A DNA stretch of 64,000 nt from contig OZ076409.1 of the NCBI GenBank assembly GCA_964187785.1, positions 77,812,001 through 77,876,000 on the forward strand, written 5' to 3'. The stretch is from Amphiscolops sp. MND2022. Taxonomy: Eukaryota. The notes beneath the pieces are model-generated. The model saw only the letters and a program-made list of their open reading frames with translations. It was not told the DNA's origin and ran no database searches. Positions 26,275 to 39,000 of this stretch are shown here, piece by piece; position 1 is the first letter of the stretch; each line of letters opens with the position of its first letter. A program made the position numbers and the translations under genes.

Positions 26275-29200
26275 TGTAACGTCAGCCACCTAGCAGAGTA
26301 CATCATAGAAGTGGGACAATGCCTAGGGTGCTTAGACAGGAGACCGTTGTGTTACTACAGCCCTAGGCATTAGTTCCTAATCCCAAAATGGTCTCCTAAA
26401 AGGGACTTTTCCAATTGTCTAAGGAGTCTCCTCTATTAGAGCTCCGAGGCGACGTGCCGGCGCTCGCAAAGTCCGGACACGTCCCACAAGCCTGTAAAAA
26501 CAATTCCTAATGCTCCTGCGTGTTCCTACAAACCTCCGAGGTCCAAAAACAGGGGTTTAGCCAAAGTGCATTCAATTGGTGAATAACGTCTAAACTGGGT
26601 GAAATAAGGGGTAAAACACCGCCAAACATCTACAAAAACCACAAATATGGTACAACAGGCTAAAGAAACATCAAGCGTCAGTGTCAGCGAGCCTTGGTCT
26701 TGGACCTACTAGGTGGCACATGCAAAATATGCAAACTTCTGAGTTTCTTCATCTCTTTGGCCATTCTTCGGGTTCTGCTGGTAGCTGGGACGTCTTCCGA
26801 GGGAGATGGCACAACACGGCGATTTCGGGGATACTTCTGTGGCGGTGTGTTCTCTCTCGGGCTGGGTGGGGGTGTCTTTGCACTATTTTCCATCATCTTT
26901 TTCAATTTCAAGTACCTGTCAGGTCGGCCATCTTGATTTAGAAATTTTGCTATCGCACATTTCATCGAATTTTTGTGACGTCTTTTGCTGGACGTTACAT
27001 CCTCCCCGGGCCGTAGTTTGTCGTCCTCGACAAATGAGAGTGGATGTTCACGTCTTGGTTGCCATCATCCAGTGATACTGTTGCAACATCTTCAGGAATC
27101 TAAATGGAAGTCGTTGCCCAAAATGTCACTGCTCAAAAAGTCATTGCCCAAAAAGATGAGTTTTTGCAGCTAGCCTAGCAGGCTTCCTCAGATTCCACAC
27201 CAACAATGGGTTCTAGCACTGGAATAGCATTAGCAACTTTAGACACACAGCATTATATTCAAAACGTTTTCAGACTTTTAATTTCGCACCCAAAATTTCT
27301 AGCACTTAATTTTACTGCATCTGTATAAAAAGCACACATCACAACAGGATTGGCATCAACTTCGGTCCTACCTGATAGGTTAGGTTGTACAAAATGCACG
27401 ATAGCACTTGAATAGCGAGGAGTAAAAGTAAGTGCTGTGGTCTTGCAAAACTGTCGTAGTTCAAGGCCAACAGAAACTGCACAAAAAATAGCACCAACGG
27501 AAAAATAGATCCCATAAATCAAAAATATCACCAAAAGTGAGGACCCATTCAATCTTTTGAGTTAGCAGTGTACGCTCAGATAAAGGTGTTGTGTAGGTAA
27601 TATAGGCACCAGTGTATATGTAAACGATGGAAAAAACTGCTTCTCAAGGGGATGATTATGTCGATAGCGATGATAGACTATGACCAACGGAAGTTTAAAA
27701 ATCAGGTATGGTAGATCATTAAAACAATGAAAACAGTCTTTGGCATAAAAAAGCGTTCCCGAGTGTAATCATTGGAGTTTTAAAAGCACGGCCGCTGGCC
27801 AAGCAGTTCTCAGAGCTTCGTAGCTGCAGGTGTTTTATCATGCTTGGTGTTGATTTCTCTCGGGAGACTACTGGTACTCCCCGGGCCAATCTCTTGTCCG
27901 GTGTTTTCACATCTGTATGGTTCACGCAACTGTGGTACCGAGAACCGAGGTTCACCATAGGCATGAATCGACCAACGAACTTTAAATTTTTGAGAAGCCT
28001 GCTTGGCTACAGACGCTGGATTGTCTGAAAAGTCGTTTCGTCACTCATGCTGCCCTGTTTCTGGAGAGCACAAGTAAAAACAAAAATGTGATTAGGGACT
28101 AGGGGTAGACATTGGGGGTGAGTAGGACGAGGGAAACTGAGCTTGAAGTGCTTTCTTGCCTTACAATTGTAGCACGATCAGAAAAAGCGTTCTTTTTCAA
28201 CTATGGTAGTTACTATAGCCTTTGTTGTTTTGTTTTGAGACGCACTGCGTACAAAGTCTAAACATCTAAAAGTGCCTATAAACGCGCTCCAGCACCCGTA
28301 GGGCCCGTATGGCACTGAGTGTGCCTAATCTCAATGAATAGATTGCACTCAAGTGATTTTGATAGCTGTTGAGGGAAGAAACAAGGTTTTTGTGATTTTC
28401 GCTACTACGTCTCGTAGACAGTTTTTCGACGAACCCAAGATCTTAGGGTTGGCCTGGCTCAATTCAAAGTGCTTCAATAGGGCGTGCTATGGGTGCCTGG
28501 TGTATGAATAGGGTTGTTGGAGTCCTCACTAACGACTTCATTTACGAAAAGTATGTTACTTTTCGCAAAAGTTCCCAAAATCAGCAACTTTGTTGCCAAA
28601 TTGCACGTCTGGGAAAGGTGAAAATCACTTCTAGAGCTGGTAGCGACCTGAAAGTTTAACACGGTATACTACTGCGGCCAAATCGTGGAAAAACCACTGC
28701 CGATTGCGCTAAAATTGATTACACGTGACTTGGGGCCGCTTAACAATGTTGTTACGAAAATCGACTATGTTGTGAAATTTACACAAGTCTGTCAAACTCG
28801 CCTTCTAGGCTTCCTAGCTACCCGAAAATTTGTATGCGAGCGTGAATTATGCCCACGTAACAGAAAAACAAAATAGCGGGGTGCTCAGATCAATATTCAG
28901 CAATCCGAGTCGACAAAACTATGATGTACCCTATTGGTTACTTTCTGAGGTTAAAATTCACAAAAATGTCAATTTCTCCAAGTTGGACAGTAGCAAGCTG
29001 CTCAAAATGCACAAATCGTCGGGATCTAGTGCCGTACGTAGAAAAATGCAAGATTTTTAGTGCTGGGGTACCTCCAAGGTATAGCACTATGCTCAACTAA
29101 AACTCGATTTTTTTGACAATTTCGTACAAATTTTGAGCAAAACTGCGGCTAAAATTTCTCAATCACTAGTAATGGTAGCGCTACGAAAATTACACCACTA

Positions 29201-31315
29201 ACGTAACTTTGTACGGTCTGCACGATGGTGCAACTTGTTTTGGGCTACTCTTGCTAAGAGAGATTTCGACCTGTCTCAGGAACACTATTCCAGTGTACCG
29301 ATATTGTCACTGAAATAACGCATTTTTGGCTATTTCTCGGCAACCACTGGTTGGAATCACTCGCGGTTTTCTGCGTTTGCAACGTAATACTTGGTACTAA
29401 CAGAAAATAGGCAATCGAAACCTGGCAGGTTCCAAATAAGGTCTCTCAAAAATTTTTCATGTCACACCTTTTACACTCTGGGATCAATTATGAAAAACAC
29501 GTATTTTCTCTAAGAACCTTTTATTTCTCGGTTCCCAGATGTTCGGGATAGTTCTACCAGTGACGTGTCAAGGTGTAATAATTTTGTTCAGGGGGCTGGG
29601 GTTGTTTCAATTATTAATTTTGATGTTATAACTCTCAGGTCTATGGGGTCCTCTACTCAGATCTATGTATAACAAAAGAAAGTCAAGGATTAAACTATCA
29701 ATTTATAATGGGGAAGGGTAAAAAACGTCTTGGCAGTATTGTTTTGTACTACCAAGCTCGGGTACAACGTTTTTGGGCCGGTCTAAAAACTTGGGAACAA
29801 ACGCCCAAGGCTTCGCCCTTACCAATTTTGGTCTTTTAGGCCAAAATTGATGTTTTTTCTATAAAAATCGCTAAATTTCTCGATGTTTCAGCAATTTAGC
29901 CCAGCAAATTTTTCTGTTCCTGACCTGGCTGGTCTGATGGAACGTTTTTATCGTATTTCCACTGGCCGTACTCTCTTCTGAAAAATTTTGATATTTGAAA
30001 GTAACTGTATCAAGAATCGAGCTATATCAGGTGTTATAGATAACTCGCTGTTTTTTCAGAAAACGATCGGAATACCCAGTGGGTATTTTTCTCAGTTCTT
30101 ACTATTGAGGGTACGCCTGGGAATAGGCTTTTAAAGTCACAAAAACAAAAAGGGAGGTTGTAACCCAGTCGACTTGCAGTTGTTCACCAGGGGGTTAAGG
30201 GGGTGTTGACGTGAAGGACGTCGCTCCGTCGTCACAGCTAGTGGAGGCGCTCACACCACGTCCCTGCAGTTCCCGTACATTACAACTAAGCTGAAATGAG
30301 GCTACAAAACCCTTTAAAAAAGAATCCGGTGACGCCGGATGTTCAATTTCAACAGGTAGAAACGGTTTTTAATCGGTACTCTGCTATAAATCGGGTATTT
30401 CTCATTTCAGACCCTGGAAACATGCAGGAAACGCAGGAAAAACACTAATACAAAGCCTGTAAGGCTCGAAAAAAGCAATAAAAACAATCTAGGACTCTCC
30501 AGAAAGTTTTCCTAGATCCAGACCTAACAGGGCCGGAAAGCAGGAAAAGTTCCTATTATGGCGAAAAGATGGAAAATGTCCCTTGTGGGGCTCCATAAAA
30601 ACTATCCTAGATGTAACGTCAAGCTAGTAGCTACATTCTAGAACTGGGATAATGCTCAGAATGCTTTAACAAGAGACCGGTGTCTTATAACAACCTGAAC
30701 ATCAGCTTTTCATCCCTAAAAGGTCTCAGTAGGGACTTTTCCAGGACGCCGTGGAGACTCCTCATATTAGAGCTCCGTGGCGACGTGCAGGCACACTCAA
30801 AGTCCGGACACATCCCACAAGCATGTAAAAACGTATCCGAAAGAGTTCCTGCGGTCCTACATGCCTCCAAGGTCCGAAAACGGGGTTTTAGTCTGAAAGC
30901 ATTCTATTAGGAAAACAACCTTCAAAAGTACCAGCACAAGGATCTAGCAGATCCTGCATTGCCATAAATCTGCAAATAAAGAATAATAACATCAAGATTA
31001 ATCAAAACTGACATTTCCAGCATTCTTTCATCGATTCTACAGTTTTCCAGTTCTTCTTTGAATATGGGATATCTGGATCCCGGGCCATTTCGTCGCAAAG
31101 AACTTGCAATTTCCGAGTGAGATGGCACAATTCCGGGTCTCACAACGTGTCTCTCAGTTGGTGTGTCGTCTTCTTCTCTTTTTCGTCTAGGGGGGGGGGG
31201 TCTTTTTTGTGCGTTCTCTGCTGTTCTTTTTTGTGATTTCAACGACCTGTTAGGTTTGATTCGCACACTTTTTGGTCCTTGATCGAATTTTTGGTGTTGA
31301 CTGGTGGACGTTACA
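26275..31315 (-). mobile_element. Pol-less (non-autonomous or deleted) LTR element with diverged LTRs at 26275-26999 and 30612-31315
   Basis: Both repeats are bounded by TGTAACGTC...GACGTTACA. A PPT-like GGGGAGGA (minus) abuts 26999. A PBS-like TGGAGCCCCACAAGGGAC (minus, ~30578-30595) lies ~15 nt inside the other LTR. No RT or IN motifs and no clear TSD were seen. Confidence 0.7.
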
Positions 31316-32400
31316 TGAGCCAGTTCCGAAAATGGTAATGGGCCAATTCTGTACCCTGCGTGATTCGGCCCGGACCCTGTATAATTATGGGCATCTGGAT
31401 TCCATATTTTCGACAGTTTACAGGTATTCAGGTATTGGTGTCCACAGAGTCCAATGAAAACACTTAAATTAATTGCTTCCATTCAAAATTGGATAGGATG
31501 AATTGAAAAAAAAACAAGAAATAATTTTCAATTTTTTTGCATTTTCATAGTTCATTGGCTACTCTGGTTCAATAAATTTTATGTCGTTGCTAACACAGTT
31601 TGGGGTGGAAAACACTCCGTTGCTCAGAGGGCGTCTTGTTGAAATCTTTGGCTGATAATTTCACCCTGATACCGCATTTCATCTTGGGGTCTCTAATTCC
31701 CTTCTTCGATTTGCGAATTTATTCTATTTATGCACGCTGCAAAAATAGAGCCTCAATAGGCTCGTTTTCAAAAACAAGCTTCGCGCGATAGATGTACCGA
31801 ACGAGCCACGAGTTGAGAAAATTTTATAGGTTAAAACTTAGCAAACGAGACGAGTCCCAGCTAGCAAAAAAAAACACAATTTACCTGCGAGGTAGCCTGT
31901 TTTCGAAAACCACCTTTCATGATGTCCTTCAACTTCCGCCAGTCTGTTATTGCTAATAATGACGAGCATTGTGCTCAGAAACCCACCGTCTTACCAGCTG
32001 TTAAAAACAAGTCAACGATCAAAAAAGTTGGGATTGCCAAAAATGATATCATTCACAACTCTAAATACTTGCCAAAGCTTTTTCAGTTCAGTTGAACAGA
32101 ACGGAGTCAACTGCTGTAATGACAGTCTGTTGTCAAAAAATTTTGAAGAGATTCAGAGATAAGAAATTTTACCTTTTAATTAGATCCCATTTTCTGTAAC
32201 TTTTATGCATTGATCTTATTATTACGCCATTTGCTCCTGGGGTTGATGTAGACACTCCGAAGCGCCGGTCATGTACTTATGCGCTGCTCAGTAGGCCTAG
32301 TATGAGAGGGCGTTTCATACATCCTTTTTGTCAACGTATGCTGGTCATATTTCTTAAAAAAACATTTGCATATGAATTTCTCTTAAGTGAACTTCGTTAT

Positions 32401-34884
32401 TGTTACGACATGCTATCGAGTCGTTTTGAGTTGAACTTATCCTCACTGACTTTGTAGGGGTATAAAAGTTTCTAGTCTCCTCTTCTACTTCTTCCTCAGT
32501 ATTTTCCTTGATGCTTCCCCTTGTTTCAGGTTTTAGTAGTTTCAACATCTCTCTCTGGGATTCGGCAAGAAGAGTCTTAATTTCCGATGTTATCTCATCT
32601 TTCAAGGATGCCCTTAAACTCTCCAAGAAACTATTTTCAATTCGAGGAGATTTTGGTCTGGAAGGACCCGACACGTCTACGTCCTGGTTTGAAGAACACT
32701 GATTTTCTATCACTATCGGTGAAATAAAACCTTCACTTACGTCCTTGTCGCCTTGTTGCTCATTCCTTCTTTTCTGGCTTCTAGTTGTAGACATTTTGAA
32801 GACAAGCTTTATCTTGAAGAATTGATTTTTCCAAAGATAATTTTCAACAAAGTTAGCTGAGATTAGAATTTAGCGAAATTGAGAATTCAACTGAATTAAA
32901 CAATTGCAAAAGACTGAGTCCCCGAGTCAATGAAAATCATCCTATATATACCCTCCTAGCATCATTTGATCACGATTAAAATCCTAATTTTCCTCGAACA
33001 ATTAGTCATTTCCTGTATTTTCGATGAAAAAATCATTTTGTTCCCAATTTTACGTCGATAACTCGTCAATTTTTGAGACACGACAATTTCAATCTAGCAT
33101 TAGTCATCAACCACGATCATATCATTTCAGCTCGGCGTCCTTTGCTTTCCTCCCAAGCAGGAAGTAGATATTACTTCAGTCTGTCAAACCGGAAATGATT
33201 CCCTGTTTTACTGCTTTGGTTCGTAGGAAAATGACGCGGAGATGACGCTGACGTGAACAACTAATACCTGATTTTGAATTTTTACTTGAAGGAAATACTA
33301 TGACTAATGTTTTCAGCTTTGGAATTTCCAATGATGCTAGGAAAAGTAAAGATAAAGCTATGGAATTAGCTTCAATTTTTGAGTTGAATTCCCAATTCAG
33401 ATAAATAGTAATTAAACCAAATTAACGTAACACCAACGTTTACATTAGAAAACTAGAATGATTTGGCAACAGCTCTTGGCTTCTACAAAATTGGCTGAAA
33501 AAGTGGACGGAGCTATGACGTGTTAAAATCAAAGGTATTAATGAGTATTAATTTCATAATTGAATTCATTCGTACTCGAGTTTAAACTTTGACGTCCTAA
33601 CGTCGTTGGACCGAACTAATAAAAGTGAAACAGTCAGTTGCCAAAAGTGGTATGAAAATGATCACAATGAGATGTATAAAAACAACAACAAGCACAGTTA
33701 TATTGGGGGAGAACACGAATATGAATATTACAAAAATATGACCTCATTATTAAAATATAATCTTTGCTGGTTCATAGCCCATAACTTTTCAGATACGTCA
33801 GATTGACGTCAGGTTACACACAATCATATTTATGGTCTGCTTCAAACAGCATAAAATGTACATTAATAACATTCCCCCTTTGGAATAAACTGTGACTTTA
33901 ATTATGAAGAACATGGAAATCCTAATCGGGTCATTTTACAATGTGATTCCAAAAGATTAGTATTTTTATTGACGGGAACAGGACGTAAATTATCAAGTTT
34001 TATCCTTAACCTCGTAGAGTTCTAAAACATCTTTAAACGTTTCTTTTCCGTCGAATCCGACATATTAATATTCATTCCACTGAATTGGATGGATTAAACA
34101 GACTATTTTGATGGATTTCGGACGTAACGCGGACGTACGTATTAAGATTAGCCTTAGTCCGCTGGTATTTGACGTAACGCGGACGTATTTAAAATAAGAA
34201 TTAGTCCGCGCCTGGAAGACAACACCGTGACGTCACTATGGCGGAAAATTGGAATGATTTTAAGAGGTGCCACTAATATAGGCGGTAAATTGGAATGGTT
34301 CTCTAGTGAGCGCGGACGGAACGGTGACGTCACACTATATACTTTTAAGTCTGCTTCTTACCGACGTTTAATATACATGTATTCTTTATTTTGTTTACTT
34401 AGCGCAGTGCCTACGTCCTAATCCGCACTAATTGCTGTTCAAAGTGCAATTAAGCTGCCTTTCTTAGAAAAGGAGTGGATATCTCAGTGTGTCATCTCGA
34501 TGTACTTTCTATTTTAGATTCAGATAATGTCCTTTTTCCAGTAGTGATTTTGGGTATGTTTTCGTTTAGATCAGTCTATGGTTTTTATTTCAAGACGTAT
34601 GCTTAATTAAGTTTTCAGGTGGCGAATGTTTCTATTTTGACGAGATGAAAACGTCCTGCCGGAAGTGTGTGAAATCATTTTGGCTCATTTTAGTTTCTGT
34701 TCTCATTTTCATTTAAACTCTGCGCACGTTAGACGTACTTTTAGTCACAGTTTATTCTAACATTAGTATGAAAGTTCAAGTCAGTAGCCAAAATACCTTT
34801 TCGAAAGTTTCGCTGTACAGCCGTGTCCTCGTCCGAATCCGATCCGTCTACATCCACAATCCAGTCCGGGAGCGGACTGTGACA
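32401..34884 (-). repeat. 3' LTR (2484 bp)
   Basis: Matches 46340-48822 with about 14 differences counted by eye (~99.4% identity). Confidence 0.96.
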
Positions 34885-35607
34885 GGGCCACTGTCATGGG
34901 TCGTATAACTCTCCCGGGTTGGCAAAACTGGAACGGCTGATATTGATTGTTTTCCTTGTCGTCTCCTGGAGTACGTTTCGTTGTCGCTGACCGTATTGGT
35001 GCTTGTTTTTCCAAGTCATTTAGTGGGCTAATCGGACGTGGAATTACTCTCTTCAGTGGGCCTGGGGGTGTCTCGAAAAGAGAAATATTGTCTTCTTCCC
35101 TGTGGATTTCCTCCAAATATTCGTTGATAATGCAGCTCGTGATCGATTGTGGGCTTGGTGCACGATGTCCTTCCACCACGAACACATCAGGGTTCGATTT
35201 ATTGTCGTCCTCTTCCTGTTCATCCGGACTGTCTGGACTCTCCTTCATTGAGCTGTATTCAGACTTCGGCGAAGCGTTGTCCAGCTCTCCTGATTCTAGG
35301 GATTCGAAAAAAACGAACTCAGCCGCATTCTCTAGCAGTCCGCTTCTAACGAGTCCGCTGAGACGTCGAAATACTCTTCTTCATCAGCTACTGCTCTGGC
35401 GGATGAATTTGAAACATTTAGGATGACTCTAATATTGGGTAGTGACCCACTGGGAAGGGGAGTTGATGATCTCTCCGACGCTTCTGTTTCGTCTTCACTA
35501 GCTGACGAGATGTCTATTAGCTCGTATATTTCCAGTAGATGGGTCATTTTCTTCAAGAAATTCTTTCTTTCTTTGCAGCTGACTTTTATCTTTTGATTGT
35601 TCCTCAA
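34781..35607 (-). CDS. Sense-strand accessory ORF (acidic, S/P-rich, probably disordered), split by one frameshift near 35335-35380 and ending inside the 3' LTR
   Basis: ORF 35332-35607 overlaps the frame of ORF 34781-35248, which is open back to ~35380. It crosses the LTR boundary at 34884 as ...VALSQSAPG. Confidence 0.55.
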
Positions 35608-35699
35608 TGAATTCAGGATTAATTAGGATTAAGGAGAATATTGGGATAAATCCCTCCATTCTGATTGGCTATTCAATCATTTTAATCCTTTTCAATCCT

Positions 35700-35960
35700 C
35701 AGGTGTTGACGTTATTCCAACGCCGCTTTTTATTGGCCGCAAATTAAATTAATCTGCTTAGTCAAGATTGTCAACGTTATGCTGACGTCATTATAGGTTA
35801 TAGGATTAATAATCCAATAACCTTTTTGTCGACGTTATGCCGACGTCAATTTCGCTGATTTTCCAATCAACTTTTTGGTGCTGACGTTATGCCAGCGTCA
35901 ATTTCGTTGGTGATTTGCCAACTTTAGGTTTTGTCACCGTTATGATGACGTCAATTTCGA
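35700..35960. promoter_or_regulatory. Array of five ACGT-N7-ACGT-like motifs; putative internal bidirectional promoter
   Basis: Consensus gACGTtatgc(c/t)gACGTcaat at 35709, 35774, 35832, 35884 and 35937 (~52-65 bp spacing), between the two divergent ORFs. Confidence 0.55.
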
Positions 35961-36010
35961 AGCTTGTTTTCATTGTTTTGCTTCTTTTTCAGATTCCCTG
36001 CTGTTTCGTA

Positions 36011-39000
36011 ATGGATTCTCGTCCATCTGTTTCTGTTGGTTTTGACCCAGGAGCTCAGAGTGGTCATGAGACTCAGTTCTTATTTTCGGAAGGAGATGTG
36101 CGTCGGAGTGACGCAGATGATATTCATGTTTCAGTACGTGGTAAGTTTATCATTCGTTGATCCATTAAGCTTTCGTGAGATATACTGACAACAGATAGGC
36201 CTTTTCTGTATTTGTATTTCCACAGCTTAGATTTTCTTGACGCGTCGATGTTGGAATGATCTTTTTAGGTGCTGGAGCTACTCCTCCTTCCCCTGCTGCC
36301 GATGAGCGTGAGCCACTTCACTCGTCTACTCCTATCGCAGGTTCCTCTTCAGTTCCCGTCCACGTTCCCGTGACGTCTTCTATTGCATTTACTCCCCCGG
36401 TTGTTTCTACTGCAGACTCAGCTTCAACTCTGGGAGGACTTGACGTCCCTCTTACGCAGTCTGTTGTCGGACCTTCTTCTAGGGACGCAGATAAAACTGG
36501 TGGAGTTTCTGCTCACGTAGGTGAGACAGTATGCCCCCCCTCCAATGAGGAAACACTACAGGTAGCAGAGACAACACCATCCTGTGGTGTCGCTGGTTCA
36601 TCGCTGTTCCCTGGGTTCCTTGGTGGATTCGAGAAAACACGGGCGGAGTCGTCCAAGAAACGGGCATCGCAGAAAGGTAATGGATTACTGCTGAGTTATA
36701 TAGTGTATAGTTTGGAGTTTGCTAATCCCACTTTCTATATTGGGTTTATGATTATGTATTTAGTGCCTAAAGAATTGTCTGCGGTGTTGCCTTTTAAGAG
36801 GAGACGACAAGTGCGCGTTTCAACCGCCGATTTGCAGGTCTCACAGTTTACTGTCAGCGGTAATGTTGAATTCTTTGTTTTTAAATTCGTTGTGGCGGTT
36901 GTTGCAGTTGTTGGCTGTATTCGTTTTGTAGACAGTAACAATGATGATTTGGGAGAAGTGTCGGTGGAGCGTGCTCTGCAAGAGGTGTCAGGAGTGAGCG
37001 ACATGGACACGACTGGACTTGCCCATCCCTCAATTGGTCCGTTTCTGGCAAGTACGTGTGGTCTTTCTGTTACTTGGTATTGTTGTAGTACGTTTGGTAT
37101 TCGCCACATTGTCGAGGTAATGCTGCATTGTTTTGTGTTTATTTCTAGGGATGCAAGATTTAGTATCCCGCATGGAGACAAGTTTCGATGCTGCAGCGTC
37201 ACGTGCCCCTCCTGTCAAGAAGTACAGCAGTCGCCACCGATTGCGAAAAGATATGGTGGGAGATCATCCGGTGTACAGTCTTTTCGTCAGTGGGTCGAGC
37301 AGTGGATCTTCGTCCCTCTTCCACTGTATGATCTGTCGGCGAGACGTATCAATGCAGTCTCGGGGTGCGAGGGAATTTGTCCGCCATTTCGGATCCGATA
37401 AGCATTGGTTTCGAGATGTAGCCTATCGAGTGCAGAAAGACTTGCCCGTCTACAGTCGCTTGATGGAGCCCCTCGAGTTGTCGTCTGATGAGCGTGCAAA
37501 GTATCTGAGCCAGGATCCCGTCGAGAAGGATGAGGGTTTCAGTTTTCCGGAGGATCTGCTACCAGCCTGTACCCGAGTAGACTCCACTGTTCCCCTTCTC
37601 ACTATGGTGAATTGCATCGCCGAGCTGTGCCGCTGTGGGGGTAGTTATACCCTCTTACGCAAACTTTGGGGCAACTTTCGTGCTACTTTGGGGCCAGAAG
37701 ATCCGCTCTACAGCCTGTGTTGGAATCGCGCTGAGACTCTGGTTAGTATGTTCCTTTCTCTTTCTAATCTTGGTGTTATCTTCTTTCCCTTTCCCCTTTT
37801 TTGGTCGGAGTATTGGCGCGTATTATGATGTTTTTCGTAAGTGAGTCTGTGCCTCTGTTTAGTCGTTAATCTGTCGTGCCTTGTACCCACGAGTCTTGAG
37901 ATCTGTGGTGTCGCGAGTGACTGCTTTCAACTGCTATTGTGTCAGTTTCGAGGATCGCGATGATGGACAATATTGTTTTGTCCGAACTTGGGAGGGCAAC
38001 AGTCTACTGGAGATCTGCGTGAATGTTGAACCTTTGGGGCAGCGTATTCCACAAAGTGAGTTGTCGTCACTATCGCGGGTCGTGACGAGTTTGCCCTCAG
38101 GACTTATGCCTGTCAGTATCCGCGGGGTTAGCCAACCAGTGTTGCGGGTCCTCAGTGAGGAGCGGAGTGATGGTTGTCGCTTCGTTTACGCCCGGGAGTT
38201 CTCAGTTGACGTCTTTCTTCATTGTTACCGAGTGGCTCACCAGGAAATCTTTGGGCTTTTGGAGACAACTACGATGGTTGACTACCTCATGTTGCGCTTG
38301 CGTGGGGCTCTTCAGGAGCCTTGGATGATCGACCTGCCAAACTTGCGTCGTTGCGTCACTGCTGGACGGGTGTCTTTCGACGAATTACGAGGAGTCATCA
38401 GTGAACTGATCTCGATCTGGGACACCGTGCGAGAGTACGTCCGCTATACGGGACCTCGCCACATTAAAGTCGGTTCGGACAGGGTGAGTTCTATCTTTTA
38501 TGTGTGATTGGTCAGTTTGTCCTTGGTAGGTTGGTTAGGTCGTCGTCATCATTCCAGTATTCATGGCTTTGTGTGTGTTTTAGATGCGTGGCACAGATCC
38601 TCTGGTGTATTCGGAGTCCACGAATAAACTTCGTCTAGGAATGCTTCTCCACGTACTCGATTTGTGTGAGTTGTTCTTTTACTTGTCAGTAGGTTATTGC
38701 TGTTTTCCATCACGTTTTGATTGTAGTATTGGCGTAGGTTTCTGTGTTGTTGTCGTTTCATTGACGGAGAGTGACCTGGGATGTATATGGTCGATTTCGT
38801 TTGTATTTAGATGACTGCACCTTCAAGAAGCAGAAGACTGGCCGTGTGGATTATGCTTTCCATGCATACAATGAAGTGTGCCAGTTCATATACTGTTTGC
38901 TTTCTCGAAGCCGTGTTGTGTCTGGCCTGCCTCAGATGGACGATTGGGAGGCGTATATGGATCCCTCAAAGTTGAAAGATCTGGAGAAGATTTCAAGTGA

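Noticed and set aside
33606..34421. Short ORFs duplicated at 47544-48359
   Set aside because: They are identical only because they lie in the LTRs, and show no coding signature.
35700..35960. CRISPR-like array
   Set aside because: The repeats are short and degenerate, the context is a eukaryotic retrotransposon, and there are no cas genes.
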